Source: Subdoligranulum sp. APC924/74
GTDB taxonomy: Bacteria > Bacteroidota > Bacteroidia > Bacteroidales > Bacteroidaceae
Length of the DNA: 48,388 nucleotides
Assembly: GCA_963600595.1 (NCBI GenBank)
Contig: CAVCCB010000001.1
Span: 1 to 48,388 of the forward strand
Reading direction: 5' to 3'
In this document: one piece after another, positions 17,780-27,818 of the stretch
Position numbering within the stretch: the first letter of the stretch is position 1
Layout of the letters: every line of letters begins with the position of its first letter
Position numbers and translations under genes: made by a program
The notes under the pieces: model-generated
The model's database searches: none
Told to the model about the DNA's origin: nothing
Seen by the model: the letters and a program-made list of their open reading frames with translations, nothing else

Positions 17780-18912
17780 CCCATCAACTCCTTATTCTTG
17801 ACAGGGTTGGAATAGATGCCCAGGAAGATGTCTGTGAGTTTTTCCATGTCACAGGTGTCATAGCGTTCCAACTGCATCACATAACTCTTGAACTTCTCCT
17901 TCTGCTCGGGAGTATAGAACATCTGGTATTTCTTCGTGCCGTAACGCAAGTCGTAGGCGATGTAGTTGTTGGGGTAAAGCTTGTAAGCAGAGATGATTCT
18001 GTTGTCCAGGAGTTGCGCCACAGCCTTGTGGTACTCGTTGTTGGTCAGGTCGGACAGACTCTCCAGCTCCGTGCGGGAGATAGGCTTGCACAACTCGATG
18101 TGTACCTGTCCCTTGGGCTGGGTGATGCCCGTGAGAATGCTGTTCAGGTCTTCCCCAGGCTTCTTCGTGTATTTGGCAAACTGGCTCTCGTAAAGCTCAA
18201 GGGTCTTCAGGATGTCGCACGACTCCCATTCGTAGGAGATGGAAACGGGAACGAGGTGGAGTTGGTCGATCGCCTGGATTTTGTCTTCCGGACACGACAT
18301 GCAGAACATCTTGATAATGCCCTGGTCGGTAGCATCGTTGCCGTCCTTGGTGCGTCCGTTGCGCTGGGCAATCCATACCGACTGCTTTTTGTCTGTAATG
18401 GCAAAGCGGATGTAGTCGGAGAGATGTCGGGAGCTGCGGTAGAACTCCTTGATGCTTCCTCCGGGGCGTTCCACCTTGAACATCTTGTTGCTCTTTCCGA
18501 TGTCTATCACCAAGGGACTCATCATCAGGTTCGCCCCGAAGGTAATCTCCGTGGTGTCGAAGCCGTTGTTGACGAAGAAATATTGCAAGAGACTGGAATC
18601 GAGCATGATGTCGCGGTGGTTGGAAACATAGAGGTATTGCTCGTCGGGACTGAGACGCTCCAGTCCCGAGCAAGAGAACGAGGTTATGCTGTTCTTAATC
18701 ACGCGCGCATTGACCATTCTCATGGTCTCTAACTGGAACTCCCTCACCGTCTGGTAGCCGGCGATGCGCTTGCGCACCTCTTCCAAGGGCTCGCCCGGGT
18801 AGACGTATGCCGCCAGGATGGGGAAAGAAGAGCTGGCAGCGATGCGTTGCATGGCAGCAGGTATCTCTTCGGGATTGTAGGGACGAATATCGTCAAAATC
18901 TGTTATCTTCAT
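17776..18912 (-). CDS. PlsC-superfamily (glycerol-phosphate-type) acyltransferase
   Basis: SNHRDIMLD (HX4D-like), WIAQRNGRTKDG, PVSISYE. Confidence 0.85.
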   Translation of the reverse strand: MKITDFDDIRPYNPEEIPAAMQRIAASSSFPILAAYVYPGEPLEEVRKRIAGYQTVREFQLETMRMVNARVIKNSITSFSCSGLERLSPDEQYLYVSNHRDIMLDSSLLQYFFVNNGFDTTEITFGANLMMSPLVIDIGKSNKMFKVERPGGSIKEFYRSSRHLSDYIRFAITDKKQSVWIAQRNGRTKDGNDATDQGIIKMFCMSCPEDKIQAIDQLHLVPVSISYEWESCDILKTLELYESQFAKYTKKPGEDLNSILTGITQPKGQVHIELCKPISRTELESLSDLTNNEYHKAVAQLLDNRIISAYKLYPNNYIAYDLRYGTKKYQMFYTPEQKEKFKSYVMQLERYDTCDMEKLTDIFLGIYSNPVKNKELMG

Positions 18913-18925
18913 TGTTTTTCTGTTG

Positions 18926-19780
18926 TTATTTGCCTAATTCCTTGAGCCATTTTATAAATTCCGTTTTCCACTGCCGGCACTCAGGAGTGCCTTTCCTTTC
19001 TGATGCCCCGAAGCCATGGCCGCCCGTCTTGTACTGGATGTAGCGATGGGGCACATGGTGGACGGTAAGTGCCGAGTCCAGCAGTTCCGAGTTGTGGTAT
19101 TTCACGACGGGGTCGTCCATGCAGTTCACCAGGAATACAGGCGGACATGATGCCGATACATGACGCTCCAGCGAGAGGGAGTCGCGCAGTAGAGGGTTGT
19201 TCTTTCTGCTATCTCCCAACAAAGCCCTCCTGGACCTCTTGTGCGTGCATTGCTCTGTCATGGTCACGACGGGATAGACGGGGACGATGAATGCCGGACG
19301 CTCCTTGGAATCCAACAGTTCTCCGGCTGACATCACCAAGTGCCCGCCAGCCGAGAATCCCATGGCACCTACGTTTGCCGCACTGATGCCATACTCTTCG
19401 GCATGACTCCTTACATAGCTCATCGCTTGTCGCAGGTCGTCCAAGGCATCGGGATAGCGGCTGCCCCTGAACAAGTAGCGGTAGTGGCTGAAGAATGCCA
19501 CGAAACCTGCCGTGCGGTAGCGGAGTACGAAAGCAGAGATTCCATTCCTTTGCAACCATTCTCCCACCTTTGCGCCCTCAGCATCCATGTCGTGCCAGAA
19601 ATAGCTGCCACCGGGACATACGATGACTGCAGTATTGCCTTGCCCAGAAGCCAGGTAGGGTGTCATCTCCACCTGTCTTTTGCAGTCAGTGCCTTGCCAG
19701 ATGTTGACATTTGCCTGCGCTTGCATCATGAAGGGACATAGGGCGAGGAGGAATGCCAGTAGGATTGTCTTTTGGATCAT
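18926..19780 (-). CDS. Exported alpha/beta-hydrolase (esterase)
   Basis: Signal peptide from MIQKT, CPGGSY, GFSAGG nucleophile elbow, DDPVV, HGFG; ATGA overlap with the upstream gene. Confidence 0.88.
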   Translation of the reverse strand: MIQKTILLAFLLALCPFMMQAQANVNIWQGTDCKRQVEMTPYLASGQGNTAVIVCPGGSYFWHDMDAEGAKVGEWLQRNGISAFVLRYRTAGFVAFFSHYRYLFRGSRYPDALDDLRQAMSYVRSHAEEYGISAANVGAMGFSAGGHLVMSAGELLDSKERPAFIVPVYPVVTMTEQCTHKRSRRALLGDSRKNNPLLRDSLSLERHVSASCPPVFLVNCMDDPVVKYHNSELLDSALTVHHVPHRYIQYKTGGHGFGASERKGTPECRQWKTEFIKWLKELGK

Positions 19781-21276
19781 GAGTCCTGTTCTTTGATTTT
19801 GTTCAATACGTAGTTCCTGCCCAGGATTGCTTCGGAGGTGTTGATGGCTGTCAGGGGAACGCCGCAGAAACCGTGCAGGTTGTTGTTCTGCCCGGTGAGC
19901 AGCAGGTTGTCCACCTTGGTCACCACGGGGAGTTGTGACAGTGCCATGTTCTTGTAGTCCTTGCTGAATCCGCACAATGAGCCTTCTTTCACGCCATAGA
20001 AGTCCCGGATGGTGAGGGGCGAAGAGGTGTTGATCTTGTCGATGCAAGACCTGAAGCCGGGATGCATCTCCTCGATGCAGTCCAGAAGCTGCTGGGTCTT
20101 CTCTTCCTTCCACGCCTCATAGTCTGCCCCACGGTGTCCCACGGTCGTGTCTTCCCATTTCCTTACCTCGTCGAAGAGCATGAGGGCTGTCACCAACACT
20201 TTTGTGCTGTATTCTCCCTGGTTCTCCTCGGGTGGGGTCATGAAGAGGAAGCCTAAGGGCCAGGTGTCATGGTGCTCGCCGAAGTTCCATATCTCGGAAT
20301 ATTTCGTCATGTAGTATTCGGAATGGTTGATGAAGCGGAAGGTGCCGGGTTTGAGCTTGATGTAGGCTGAGAAGGCGGAGTAGGCGTTGGGAATGGTGTT
20401 CAGACGGTCACGGTAAGCCTTGGGAAAGGCTTTCTCGGGCATCAGCTTCAGCATCGTGCAGGGATGGATGGCGGAGATATAGTAATCGCCCCTGTATTCC
20501 TTACCCTTGCGGGTCCTGACGTAATCCACATGACGCTGGTTCACTTCTATCCATTCCACTCCCTCATTGGTCTTGATGCTGCCGCCAGCCTCTGTTATCA
20601 CTGATGCTAACAGGTCGGCAAACTTGTCACTGCCGCCCACGAAACGGCTGGTTCCATTGATATAGAGGGCGGTGATGATGGCATGGACGAAGGCGGGAGT
20701 CTCGTCATGTCTGCCTCCGTAGAGTGGGTTACTGTAGGCTGCTACGCTCCTCAACTTGGGATCATGGATATACTTGGCGATGAAATCCTCCGCTGAAATC
20801 AGTATCTCTTCGGGGTGTATGGCTATCTCACTGGAGGTAGGACGGAGATTGTACAGGTCGATGGAGTCTACGATGTCGAACACCGCCTTTACATACGCCT
20901 TCAGGTTCTCCCTCTCTTCGGGGAAGTAGGATGCCAGTGAGTCCACGAAGCCCTCCTTGCCCTTTCGGATGTTGTAAGTGGTTTGGTCCTCGGCGAAGTA
21001 CATACTGTCGGTACAGTCATCGTCCACAGGCATCAGGTCTGCCTTGTCGATGATGCCCAAGTACTTGCAGAGTCGGTAGATATTGCCTCCTTCCTGCATT
21101 CCTCCGATGACATGCATACCTGTGTCAAATGTCTCGCCGAATCGCTTGAACGTCTGCAAGCCACCGCCTATCGTGGCGTTTTTTTCGAGTACCGTAACCC
21201 GGATTCCCTCCTTGGAGAGGATGGCTCCGGTGAACAGACCTCCGAGTCCGCCTCCTATGATAATTGCTGTTTTCAT
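19777..21276 (-). CDS. Phytoene desaturase / retinol-saturase-like FAD oxidoreductase (copy 2)
   Basis: IIIGGGLGGL, LEKN, FDTGMH, SPLT, LTGQN. Confidence 0.88.
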   Translation of the reverse strand: MKTAIIIGGGLGGLFTGAILSKEGIRVTVLEKNATIGGGLQTFKRFGETFDTGMHVIGGMQEGGNIYRLCKYLGIIDKADLMPVDDDCTDSMYFAEDQTTYNIRKGKEGFVDSLASYFPEERENLKAYVKAVFDIVDSIDLYNLRPTSSEIAIHPEEILISAEDFIAKYIHDPKLRSVAAYSNPLYGGRHDETPAFVHAIITALYINGTSRFVGGSDKFADLLASVITEAGGSIKTNEGVEWIEVNQRHVDYVRTRKGKEYRGDYYISAIHPCTMLKLMPEKAFPKAYRDRLNTIPNAYSAFSAYIKLKPGTFRFINHSEYYMTKYSEIWNFGEHHDTWPLGFLFMTPPEENQGEYSTKVLVTALMLFDEVRKWEDTTVGHRGADYEAWKEEKTQQLLDCIEEMHPGFRSCIDKINTSSPLTIRDFYGVKEGSLCGFSKDYKNMALSQLPVVTKVDNLLLTGQNNNLHGFCGVPLTAINTSEAILGRNYVLNKIKEQDS

Positions 21277-22775
21277 TTGCTCGCCTCCTTGATTTGTTCG
21301 TAAATTGTCTGTGCCGTCAAGAACTCCGAGCAGGTGACGATGGTGCCCACCAACACGCCCAACATACCGTGTGAGTTGATGTTCTGCCCTGTCTGGAAGA
21401 CATTGGGCACTTTGGTCCTTTGCGGAACCCGGTAGGCGGCTCCCATTGAGATGTCCTTGGCATTGCCATACATCGAACCGTCCTCCGTGCCTGTATAATT
21501 AAGGTATGTGAGAGGGGTGGAGTTGTGGTATTCCGCGATGCAGTCACGGATGCCGGGAAAATGTTGCTCCAGGGCTTGCAACAACAGTTCTGCCTTCCTT
21601 TCCTTGAATTCCTTGTAGTCTTGTCCGCGTCTGCCGACAACGGTGTCTTTCCACTTTTCCACATCTTTCATCAGCATATATGACAGGATGACACCAGTGG
21701 ATGCATATTGGGGATGAGGCTCTTGGCAGAAGTGCATGTATAGAAAGCCTTTCGGCCAACTCTCTTCCGTATATTGTTCGCAGTTCCAAGGAGTGTCTCC
21801 CTGGTAAGCGTAATAGTTGTAGTTTTGGTAGGGCACCTTCCCTTCCTTGAAACGCAGATATACGGAGAAAGCTCCTGCTGTCTGCGGGATTTGGTTGATG
21901 CGCTTTCTGAAGGCTGGACGAATCAACTTGGTATCAAGCAACTCCAAGGTGCGCATAGGGTGGGCATCGGAGATGACATAGTCGCAAGCTATCCGTTCCT
22001 TTCCGTTTGTCTCCACTGCCACGGCATGGGTCTCGTCACAGATGATTCGGGTGGCTTTCCTGCGGGTAAGCACCTCCCCGCCATATCTCTGCAATGTATG
22101 CACCAAGGCTCTTGCCACGGTATCGCTGCCCCCTTGGAAGCGGAAGGCACTCTTGTTGTAAAAGTCCATGATGAAAGCATGGGTGGAGAAAGGAGTCTTG
22201 TCTTTCTCTGCCGCATAGAGGGGAAGGTTGCCCACCAAGACCTTTGCCAACAAGGGGTCTGTGATGACCTCCCCAATGACCTCATTGATGGAACGCAACT
22301 GATATTCGGTGTTGATGGCGGCATCGGTCTCCGCATTCTTCAGGGAATGTAGGGAGGAGGCGTTGGCAATCTCTTCCACCAAATCATAGTATCTCACGAG
22401 GTTGTCGTGCTGGTCGGGGAAATACTCGCTCATCTGACGGATGAAAGGCTCCCTTCCGTTGGCAAACTTGTATTGCTTGCCTCCCAAGGACACGACATCG
22501 TAGCCTGTGGAGTCCAATGGGGAAAGACTTACTTCTCGGTCTATCTCCAGGTACTTCATCAGTCGGTCCAATGTCTGTCCCTTGGCGGCACTGCCGATGA
22601 AGTGCATACCTGTCTCAAATTTCGCACCGTGGCGGGAGAAGCATTGCAGGCAACCGCCCACTTGGTTGGACTGCTCCAGGATGGTGACATGATAGCCGTT
22701 CTTCGCCAGTATCACGCCACAGGTCAGACCGCCCAGTCCGCTGCCGATGATTATGATGTTCTTGGATTCAGACAT
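21273..22775 (-). CDS. Phytoene desaturase / retinol-saturase-like FAD oxidoreductase (copy 1)
   Basis: IIIGSGLGGL, FETGMH, STPLT, GSMYG, TGQNINSHG. Confidence 0.88.
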   Translation of the reverse strand: MSESKNIIIIGSGLGGLTCGVILAKNGYHVTILEQSNQVGGCLQCFSRHGAKFETGMHFIGSAAKGQTLDRLMKYLEIDREVSLSPLDSTGYDVVSLGGKQYKFANGREPFIRQMSEYFPDQHDNLVRYYDLVEEIANASSLHSLKNAETDAAINTEYQLRSINEVIGEVITDPLLAKVLVGNLPLYAAEKDKTPFSTHAFIMDFYNKSAFRFQGGSDTVARALVHTLQRYGGEVLTRRKATRIICDETHAVAVETNGKERIACDYVISDAHPMRTLELLDTKLIRPAFRKRINQIPQTAGAFSVYLRFKEGKVPYQNYNYYAYQGDTPWNCEQYTEESWPKGFLYMHFCQEPHPQYASTGVILSYMLMKDVEKWKDTVVGRRGQDYKEFKERKAELLLQALEQHFPGIRDCIAEYHNSTPLTYLNYTGTEDGSMYGNAKDISMGAAYRVPQRTKVPNVFQTGQNINSHGMLGVLVGTIVTCSEFLTAQTIYEQIKEASK

Positions 22776-24270
22776 ATTGTTCTATCTTGTTGGCTATTTC
22801 TTCGTATTTGCGGATATAATGCCTGTGCATAATGGCGGTCTGTTTCCGCAGCTCACCCATCTTCTGCATTTCCTCCTGTTTGATGGGCTTGTCTATCTCT
22901 ATGTAGAAGATGCCCTTGTTCAGGTGGTAGGTCTTCTTGGGAAGTATCTTTCCTGGGCCATACAGGTACATGGGCAGTATCTCCAGGTTCAGTTCCTGTG
23001 CAAGATAAAAGGCACCTTGGTGGAACCGCCCTACCTTGCAGTCCTTGGAACGCGTTCCCTCTGGATAGACCGCAATGCTGTAGCCTCTTGCCACCAATGA
23101 CCTCAGCTGGGGCATGATGGCATCCAGTCCATCCATCACGGGCAGGTATTCTGCGTTGCGGATTACCAGTCCGTAAAATGGATTGTTCCATACCCATTGG
23201 TTGGTGAGGAACACGACCTTGGGGGTAAACACCAACTGACACATCAGGTCGAGATGCGACTGGTGGTTGCAGATGATGATGCGCGGTTGGTCGAAGTTGA
23301 TGCTTTCCTTCATGAGATAACGGAACTTCGTGCCGGGAATGCCATGGTGGATCATAATGAAACGGGCGGCATGGTAGATGAGCAGATGGAGCCGGTAACG
23401 CTTCTTCTCCGTCATCTTGCCTGTCTTGATGTAGACCCACGCACTGGGCGTAACGATTACCATCATGAAGAACAGGAAGAAGAAGAGCGAGTAGACCGTG
23501 CGCAAGAAGACCATCAGCTTCCTGCCCACTCGCAGTGGCAGACCGTAGATGATGGTAAGAAAACAGAGTATCGTGTTGAGTGCACTTATTCTTGCGAAAT
23601 CCATGCCCGGACGGAAGTGGCTGACACGTTCCTCGCGCGGTGGATAGTATACGTTGATGGGTATTGGTACCAGTTTCACACCATGCCATGATGCGAAGAC
23701 CAACAGTTCCAACTCTGCCTCGTAGCGGGAAGTGAGCAGTGACAAGCCATACAACTTATGCAAAGGATAGAGGCGAAAGCCCGTCTGGGTATCGTCCAAA
23801 GCCTTGCCTGTCTGAAGATGGAACCAGAAGTTGGAGAACTTGTTGGCAAACCGGCTTCCCTTGGAGCGGTCGGCTCCTTCCATCTGTCTGCTGCCGATGA
23901 CCAAGGAGCCGGGATGCTCTTGGTTGGCTTTGAGGAAGAGGGCGATGTCCTGGGGATAGTGCTGCCCGTCGGCATCCAGCGTGATGGCATAGGCGAAGTT
24001 CATGTCGAGTGCCTTGCGGAATCCTGCTTTCAGGGCGTATCCCTTGCCGCGGTTCTTCGGATAAGAGACGACGGTGATGTCTTCTATGCCTTGCAGAATC
24101 TCTGCAGTGCCATCTGTACATCCGTCATCCACGACAATGACATCGTCACACTCGCAAAGGGTGTCTGCCACCACCTTTCCAATGGTCTTCTCATTGTTGT
24201 AAGTGGGTATGACAACGCAGATTCCCCGTTCTCTCAAGAATCTTTTCTGTTCTTTCGTATCAATCTCCAT
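22768..24270 (-). CDS. GT2 glycosyltransferase fused to a PlsC-type acyltransferase
   Basis: N-terminal VVIPTYNN, VVDDG, NRGKG, DADGQH, DTQTGFR; TM linker; C-terminal CNHQSHLD and YPEGTRS. Confidence 0.9.
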   Translation of the reverse strand: MEIDTKEQKRFLRERGICVVIPTYNNEKTIGKVVADTLCECDDVIVVDDGCTDGTAEILQGIEDITVVSYPKNRGKGYALKAGFRKALDMNFAYAITLDADGQHYPQDIALFLKANQEHPGSLVIGSRQMEGADRSKGSRFANKFSNFWFHLQTGKALDDTQTGFRLYPLHKLYGLSLLTSRYEAELELLVFASWHGVKLVPIPINVYYPPREERVSHFRPGMDFARISALNTILCFLTIIYGLPLRVGRKLMVFLRTVYSLFFFLFFMMVIVTPSAWVYIKTGKMTEKKRYRLHLLIYHAARFIMIHHGIPGTKFRYLMKESINFDQPRIIICNHQSHLDLMCQLVFTPKVVFLTNQWVWNNPFYGLVIRNAEYLPVMDGLDAIMPQLRSLVARGYSIAVYPEGTRSKDCKVGRFHQGAFYLAQELNLEILPMYLYGPGKILPKKTYHLNKGIFYIEIDKPIKQEEMQKMGELRKQTAIMHRHYIRKYEEIANKIEQYV

Positions 24271-24640
24271 ATTCCTTACAAACTAATGAAATCTTTGCCT
24301 TCACGCCAGTTTCTGCCGATACCACAATCTGTGCCTTTACAGTTCCATCGTCGAATCGGGTCATCTTGTAGATTTCGTATTCTATTGAAGTGGTCTCCTC
24401 CGGGGAGATGGGTGACAGGAACTTCACGTTCTTGACCATGGATATTTCCAAGGACTGATGCAGCATATCCTCCAGGAGTTCCTTGCCTGTCTGTACGATG
24501 CACACGCCGGGGGTGATAGGCTCACCGGGGAAGTGGGCTTGGTAGATGAAGCAGGAGGGAGTGAGCTGTATGGCGAAACGTGTTGTTTCCTCCCCGATTT
24601 CCTTGCCGGTAACTGTGTATAAGTTATTCCTCAGTTGCAC
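24260..24640 (-). CDS. Hotdog-fold 3-hydroxyacyl-ACP dehydratase (FabZ/ApeI-like)
   Basis: AHFPGEPITPGVC, NVKFL. Confidence 0.88.
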   Translation of the reverse strand: MQLRNNLYTVTGKEIGEETTRFAIQLTPSCFIYQAHFPGEPITPGVCIVQTGKELLEDMLHQSLEISMVKNVKFLSPISPEETTSIEYEIYKMTRFDDGTVKAQIVVSAETGVKAKISLVCKEYGD

Positions 24641-25064
24641 CTTTCAATACAGTGAATTTATAGTTGATCTTATATTTCTCGTTGCTGTAAGTGGAGATGC
24701 CGCTCTGCAGGTTCTTGACCACATGAGCCATGTCCCTTCGCAGCACCCGCTTGATGTACCACTTGTCGAGCATCTTGATGACGCTGACCAGTTTTACCTT
24801 GTCTTTCCCCGGCTGGTAGGTGAAATCCATGGAGGAGATACCGAACTCGTTGAACATGCTCCCCTTGATGACTCCATCCTCTGCCATCAGTATGCAGATG
24901 CCGCTGACATAGCCCTTCGGCATTTCTATTGTGGCGGAATATTTCATCCTGCTCCCCGTGCTGTCCACATAGGCTTTCTGGTCGGGTTGTACCTGTTGCG
25001 CCATGAGCGGGAGGGAGAAGAATCCCCATGCCAGGAAACTAATGAATATCAAAAACCTTTGCAT
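24624..25064 (-). CDS. Exported hypothetical protein of the cluster
   Basis: Signal peptide; SGICIL and FNEFG motifs; overlaps both neighbours. Confidence 0.7.
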   Translation of the reverse strand: MQRFLIFISFLAWGFFSLPLMAQQVQPDQKAYVDSTGSRMKYSATIEMPKGYVSGICILMAEDGVIKGSMFNEFGISSMDFTYQPGKDKVKLVSVIKMLDKWYIKRVLRRDMAHVVKNLQSGISTYSNEKYKINYKFTVLKGATEE

Positions 25065-25671
25065 TGACGGCTGTATTTACCTTTACATTCTTCAGTTCGA
25101 TGACGGTCTTGTCACCCTTCTTCTCTATCAGCTCCACCATGGAGACCGTGGATTTCTGTCGGTTGAAATGCAGTACGATCTTCTGGAACATCTGTTTCAT
25201 CTGCTTCTGTTGGGGGATGAGTGTCGCCACATATTCCGTTGAGCTGCCTGTGAGACTTACCTTGAAGTCCTTGCTGTCCACCAGGCTCTTGCCCACCACA
25301 CTATTCATCATGATGCGGGCTATCTCCTTGAAGAACTTGCTCTGGTTGACGTTGATGACATCATTGCGGTTGCCCTTGCTCAACAGTACGCTTGAACCGT
25401 TGAGGACAAAGGTGTAGGTATAGGGCGATATGTATTCCCAGCGCAGTTTGTTGGTCTGTTGGTAATACATCTTGCCCTTCGACACCATCTTGTCGTTGAG
25501 CATCTTGAGATATTTCGTCTGCACGAAGTCACACTGCATGGTCTTCATGCCCGATGCCACGGCATTGATTTGTTGCTTCACCTTCGCCTCGTCCACTTTC
25601 TGCTGGGCAGAAACCGTCATAAAACTGAGACATAAGGCGATAAGAACCATGATTGCTTTTTTCATTCTCAT
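25039..25671 (-). CDS. LolA-like periplasmic lipid carrier
   Basis: Signal peptide, CDFVQTK, SKGKMYY, LRWEY, GDKTVIEL. Confidence 0.85.
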   Translation of the reverse strand: MRMKKAIMVLIALCLSFMTVSAQQKVDEAKVKQQINAVASGMKTMQCDFVQTKYLKMLNDKMVSKGKMYYQQTNKLRWEYISPYTYTFVLNGSSVLLSKGNRNDVINVNQSKFFKEIARIMMNSVVGKSLVDSKDFKVSLTGSSTEYVATLIPQQKQMKQMFQKIVLHFNRQKSTVSMVELIEKKGDKTVIELKNVKVNTAVNAKVFDIH

Positions 25672-25672
25672 A

Positions 25673-26026
25673 TTATTTTGCTATTAAACAACATCCTATT
25701 ATGATGAAGGAAACACCTATCCACTTGACCGCCGACACCGACTCGTGGAAGAAGAGGATGGCGGCGATGAGTCCGAATACATAGCTGAGGCTGATCATCG
25801 GATAAGCCACGCTGAGCGGATAGTGCTTCACGATATACATCCAGAGTACAGAACTGGCACCGAAGAAGAGTCCGCAGCACGCAAACTGCCAGTTGAGCAA
25901 CAGACTGACCCAAAAGTCCTTAGTCCACCCGAAGGGATGCATCCTCATCAGGGCAAACTTCAGGAATACCTGTCCTCCAGCCAAGAGCGCACTCTGGACG
26001 ATGGCTAAAAAGATCACTTGCCACAT
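25673..26026 (-). CDS. Small EamA/SMR (ArnE-like) membrane protein
   Basis: 117 aa, 4 TM, GQVFLK, PLSVAYPMISLSY, FFHE. Confidence 0.82.
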   Translation of the reverse strand: MWQVIFLAIVQSALLAGGQVFLKFALMRMHPFGWTKDFWVSLLLNWQFACCGLFFGASSVLWMYIVKHYPLSVAYPMISLSYVFGLIAAILFFHESVSAVKWIGVSFIIIGCCLIAK

Positions 26027-27789
26027 GACAGTACCATGGCTATAGAGTGGATGGCTGGCAGGGGCTTTTCGCCAGCTTTCTCCAACAGGGAGTTGAACAC
26101 AGGGGCACTCTCGTCATGACATCCCACCAACACATTCTTCACCTTGCCGCTCTCAAGGAGCAACCGGGCATCGCGCAGTGCCCATTCCAACGAATCCTTC
26201 CCTTGCGTGTAAGTCACATTGTAGCCGTGGCAACGGGTCTTGATGGCGATGTTGCTGCCGATGGTGTTGTGGGTGCTCTGCATGAAGTAGGTGGGCTTCA
26301 ACATCTCCTCACCTTCTTCCTGAATCTGTCTGAGCAGCATCTCGCTGTTTTCCATGCATCCGTATGTCGTCCCGGTGATGATGGCATCGGGTGTCTCTAT
26401 GCCTGCTTGTGACAATGCCTCCAGGGACGAGAGGAGGGAACTCTTCATGATCTTGCCCATGCGGCGCGCTTCCATCGGCTTGACATACTTGCGGATGTCG
26501 GAGAGTTGGTCTGCCGAGGTGATCTCCACCTTTGCCACGACGTTGATTGGCGATGGTTTGCGCTCTTCCTTGTCTTCCCTTGTAGGGTGCGCTGAGATGA
26601 CAAGCGAGGAGTCGTTGCCGCCGAAGCCGAAGGAGTTGCATATCACATGCTCCAGTTGGACATTGCTCTCACCCATAGTCGGGGTGATGCCGCCCTCCAT
26701 CTGATGCTTCCAGCCGAGGTTGGCTGGCACGAAATGGTGTTGCATCGCCAGGATGCAGATGACTGCCTCGATGCTTCCCGATGCACTGGTGGTATGTCCG
26801 GTAAACGACTTGGTGCTCGACACCAGCGGCATCTTGTCGCCAAAGATTCTCTTCAGCGATACGCTCTCGCTCTGGTCGTTGTTGGGTGTGCCCGTGCCGT
26901 GGGCATTGACATACTGGATGTCTGTGGGCTGCAGGTGTGCCGTCTCTATCGCCTCCTTCATGGCGAGGTAGGCACCCTCGCCGTTTTCTGAAGAGGCGGT
27001 CTGGTGAAAGGCATCACAGGCATTGCCGTAGCCTGTGAGATAGGCGTGGGGCTCTGCTTCCCTTGCCTTTGCTGCCTGTTCGGATTCGAGAACGACGAAT
27101 GCCGCACCCTCGCCGAGGTTCAGTCCGGCACGGCTGGCGTCAAAGGGACGGCAAGGCTCGTGGTCGAGGATCATCAGCGAGTTGAAACCGTTGAGATGAA
27201 AACGCGACAGTGCTTCCGTTCCGCCGGCAACGACGATGTCTGCCTCTCCGGCTTTGAGTAATCTGGCTCCGAGCATGATGGCATTGGCTGCCGAAGAGCA
27301 GGCGGTGGAGAGGGTAGTTATCTCATCGAAGATGCCGAAATGGTCTGCCATGACCTGTGTGCTGCTCCCACAGTCGTGGTGTCTCAGAAATTCCAGGCTG
27401 CGCTTGTCTTTTACCTTGTCAAAGCAAAGCTCTGTCATGTCCATGCCTCCCACGGTGGTACCCGAAACGAGGACAATTCGTGGCTTCCTGTCGCCAGTCA
27501 TCGCCTGCAGCGTCTCTTTGTCCATACTGGCATCCTGCAGGGCTTGTCGTATGGCCAACATGCCTAATAGGGAGGTGCGGCTCATCATGACGTCTGCAGG
27601 AATGCCCAGCATTTCCTTCATCTGTCCGTTAGACAGGTCTACCTCTCCCACGGGCAGCTCATGATGGACAGACTGCAGGTGCTTCATCTCCCCGATGCCC
27701 GTCTTCTTGTCGAGCAGCGACTGCACCACTTCTTGCTTGTCAAGTCCGATGGCGGAGACAATTCCTTCACCAGTGATAGCAATGTTCAT
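26014..27789 (-). CDS. Beta-ketoacyl-ACP synthase fused to a chain-length-factor-like domain
   Basis: TACSSA (Cys), NAHGTGT, GHTTSASG, NSFGFGG; C-terminal ~190 aa with ARRMG...PTYFMQSTHN. Confidence 0.9.
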   Translation of the reverse strand: MNIAITGEGIVSAIGLDKQEVVQSLLDKKTGIGEMKHLQSVHHELPVGEVDLSNGQMKEMLGIPADVMMSRTSLLGMLAIRQALQDASMDKETLQAMTGDRKPRIVLVSGTTVGGMDMTELCFDKVKDKRSLEFLRHHDCGSSTQVMADHFGIFDEITTLSTACSSAANAIMLGARLLKAGEADIVVAGGTEALSRFHLNGFNSLMILDHEPCRPFDASRAGLNLGEGAAFVVLESEQAAKAREAEPHAYLTGYGNACDAFHQTASSENGEGAYLAMKEAIETAHLQPTDIQYVNAHGTGTPNNDQSESVSLKRIFGDKMPLVSSTKSFTGHTTSASGSIEAVICILAMQHHFVPANLGWKHQMEGGITPTMGESNVQLEHVICNSFGFGGNDSSLVISAHPTREDKEERKPSPINVVAKVEITSADQLSDIRKYVKPMEARRMGKIMKSSLLSSLEALSQAGIETPDAIITGTTYGCMENSEMLLRQIQEEGEEMLKPTYFMQSTHNTIGSNIAIKTRCHGYNVTYTQGKDSLEWALRDARLLLESGKVKNVLVGCHDESAPVFNSLLEKAGEKPLPAIHSIAMVLSCGK

Positions 27790-27818
27790 CGTATGCGTTG
27801 TTCCTTTCTTGTTACGTG

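Noticed and set aside
19781..20113. Extended start of the alpha/beta-hydrolase ORF
   Set aside because: Overlaps the oxidoreductase; the signal peptide and ATGA coupling indicate a start at 19780
19777..22775. Carotenoid pathway
   Set aside because: No phytoene synthase, GGPP synthase or cyclase; the oxidoreductases sit in an ACP/KS context
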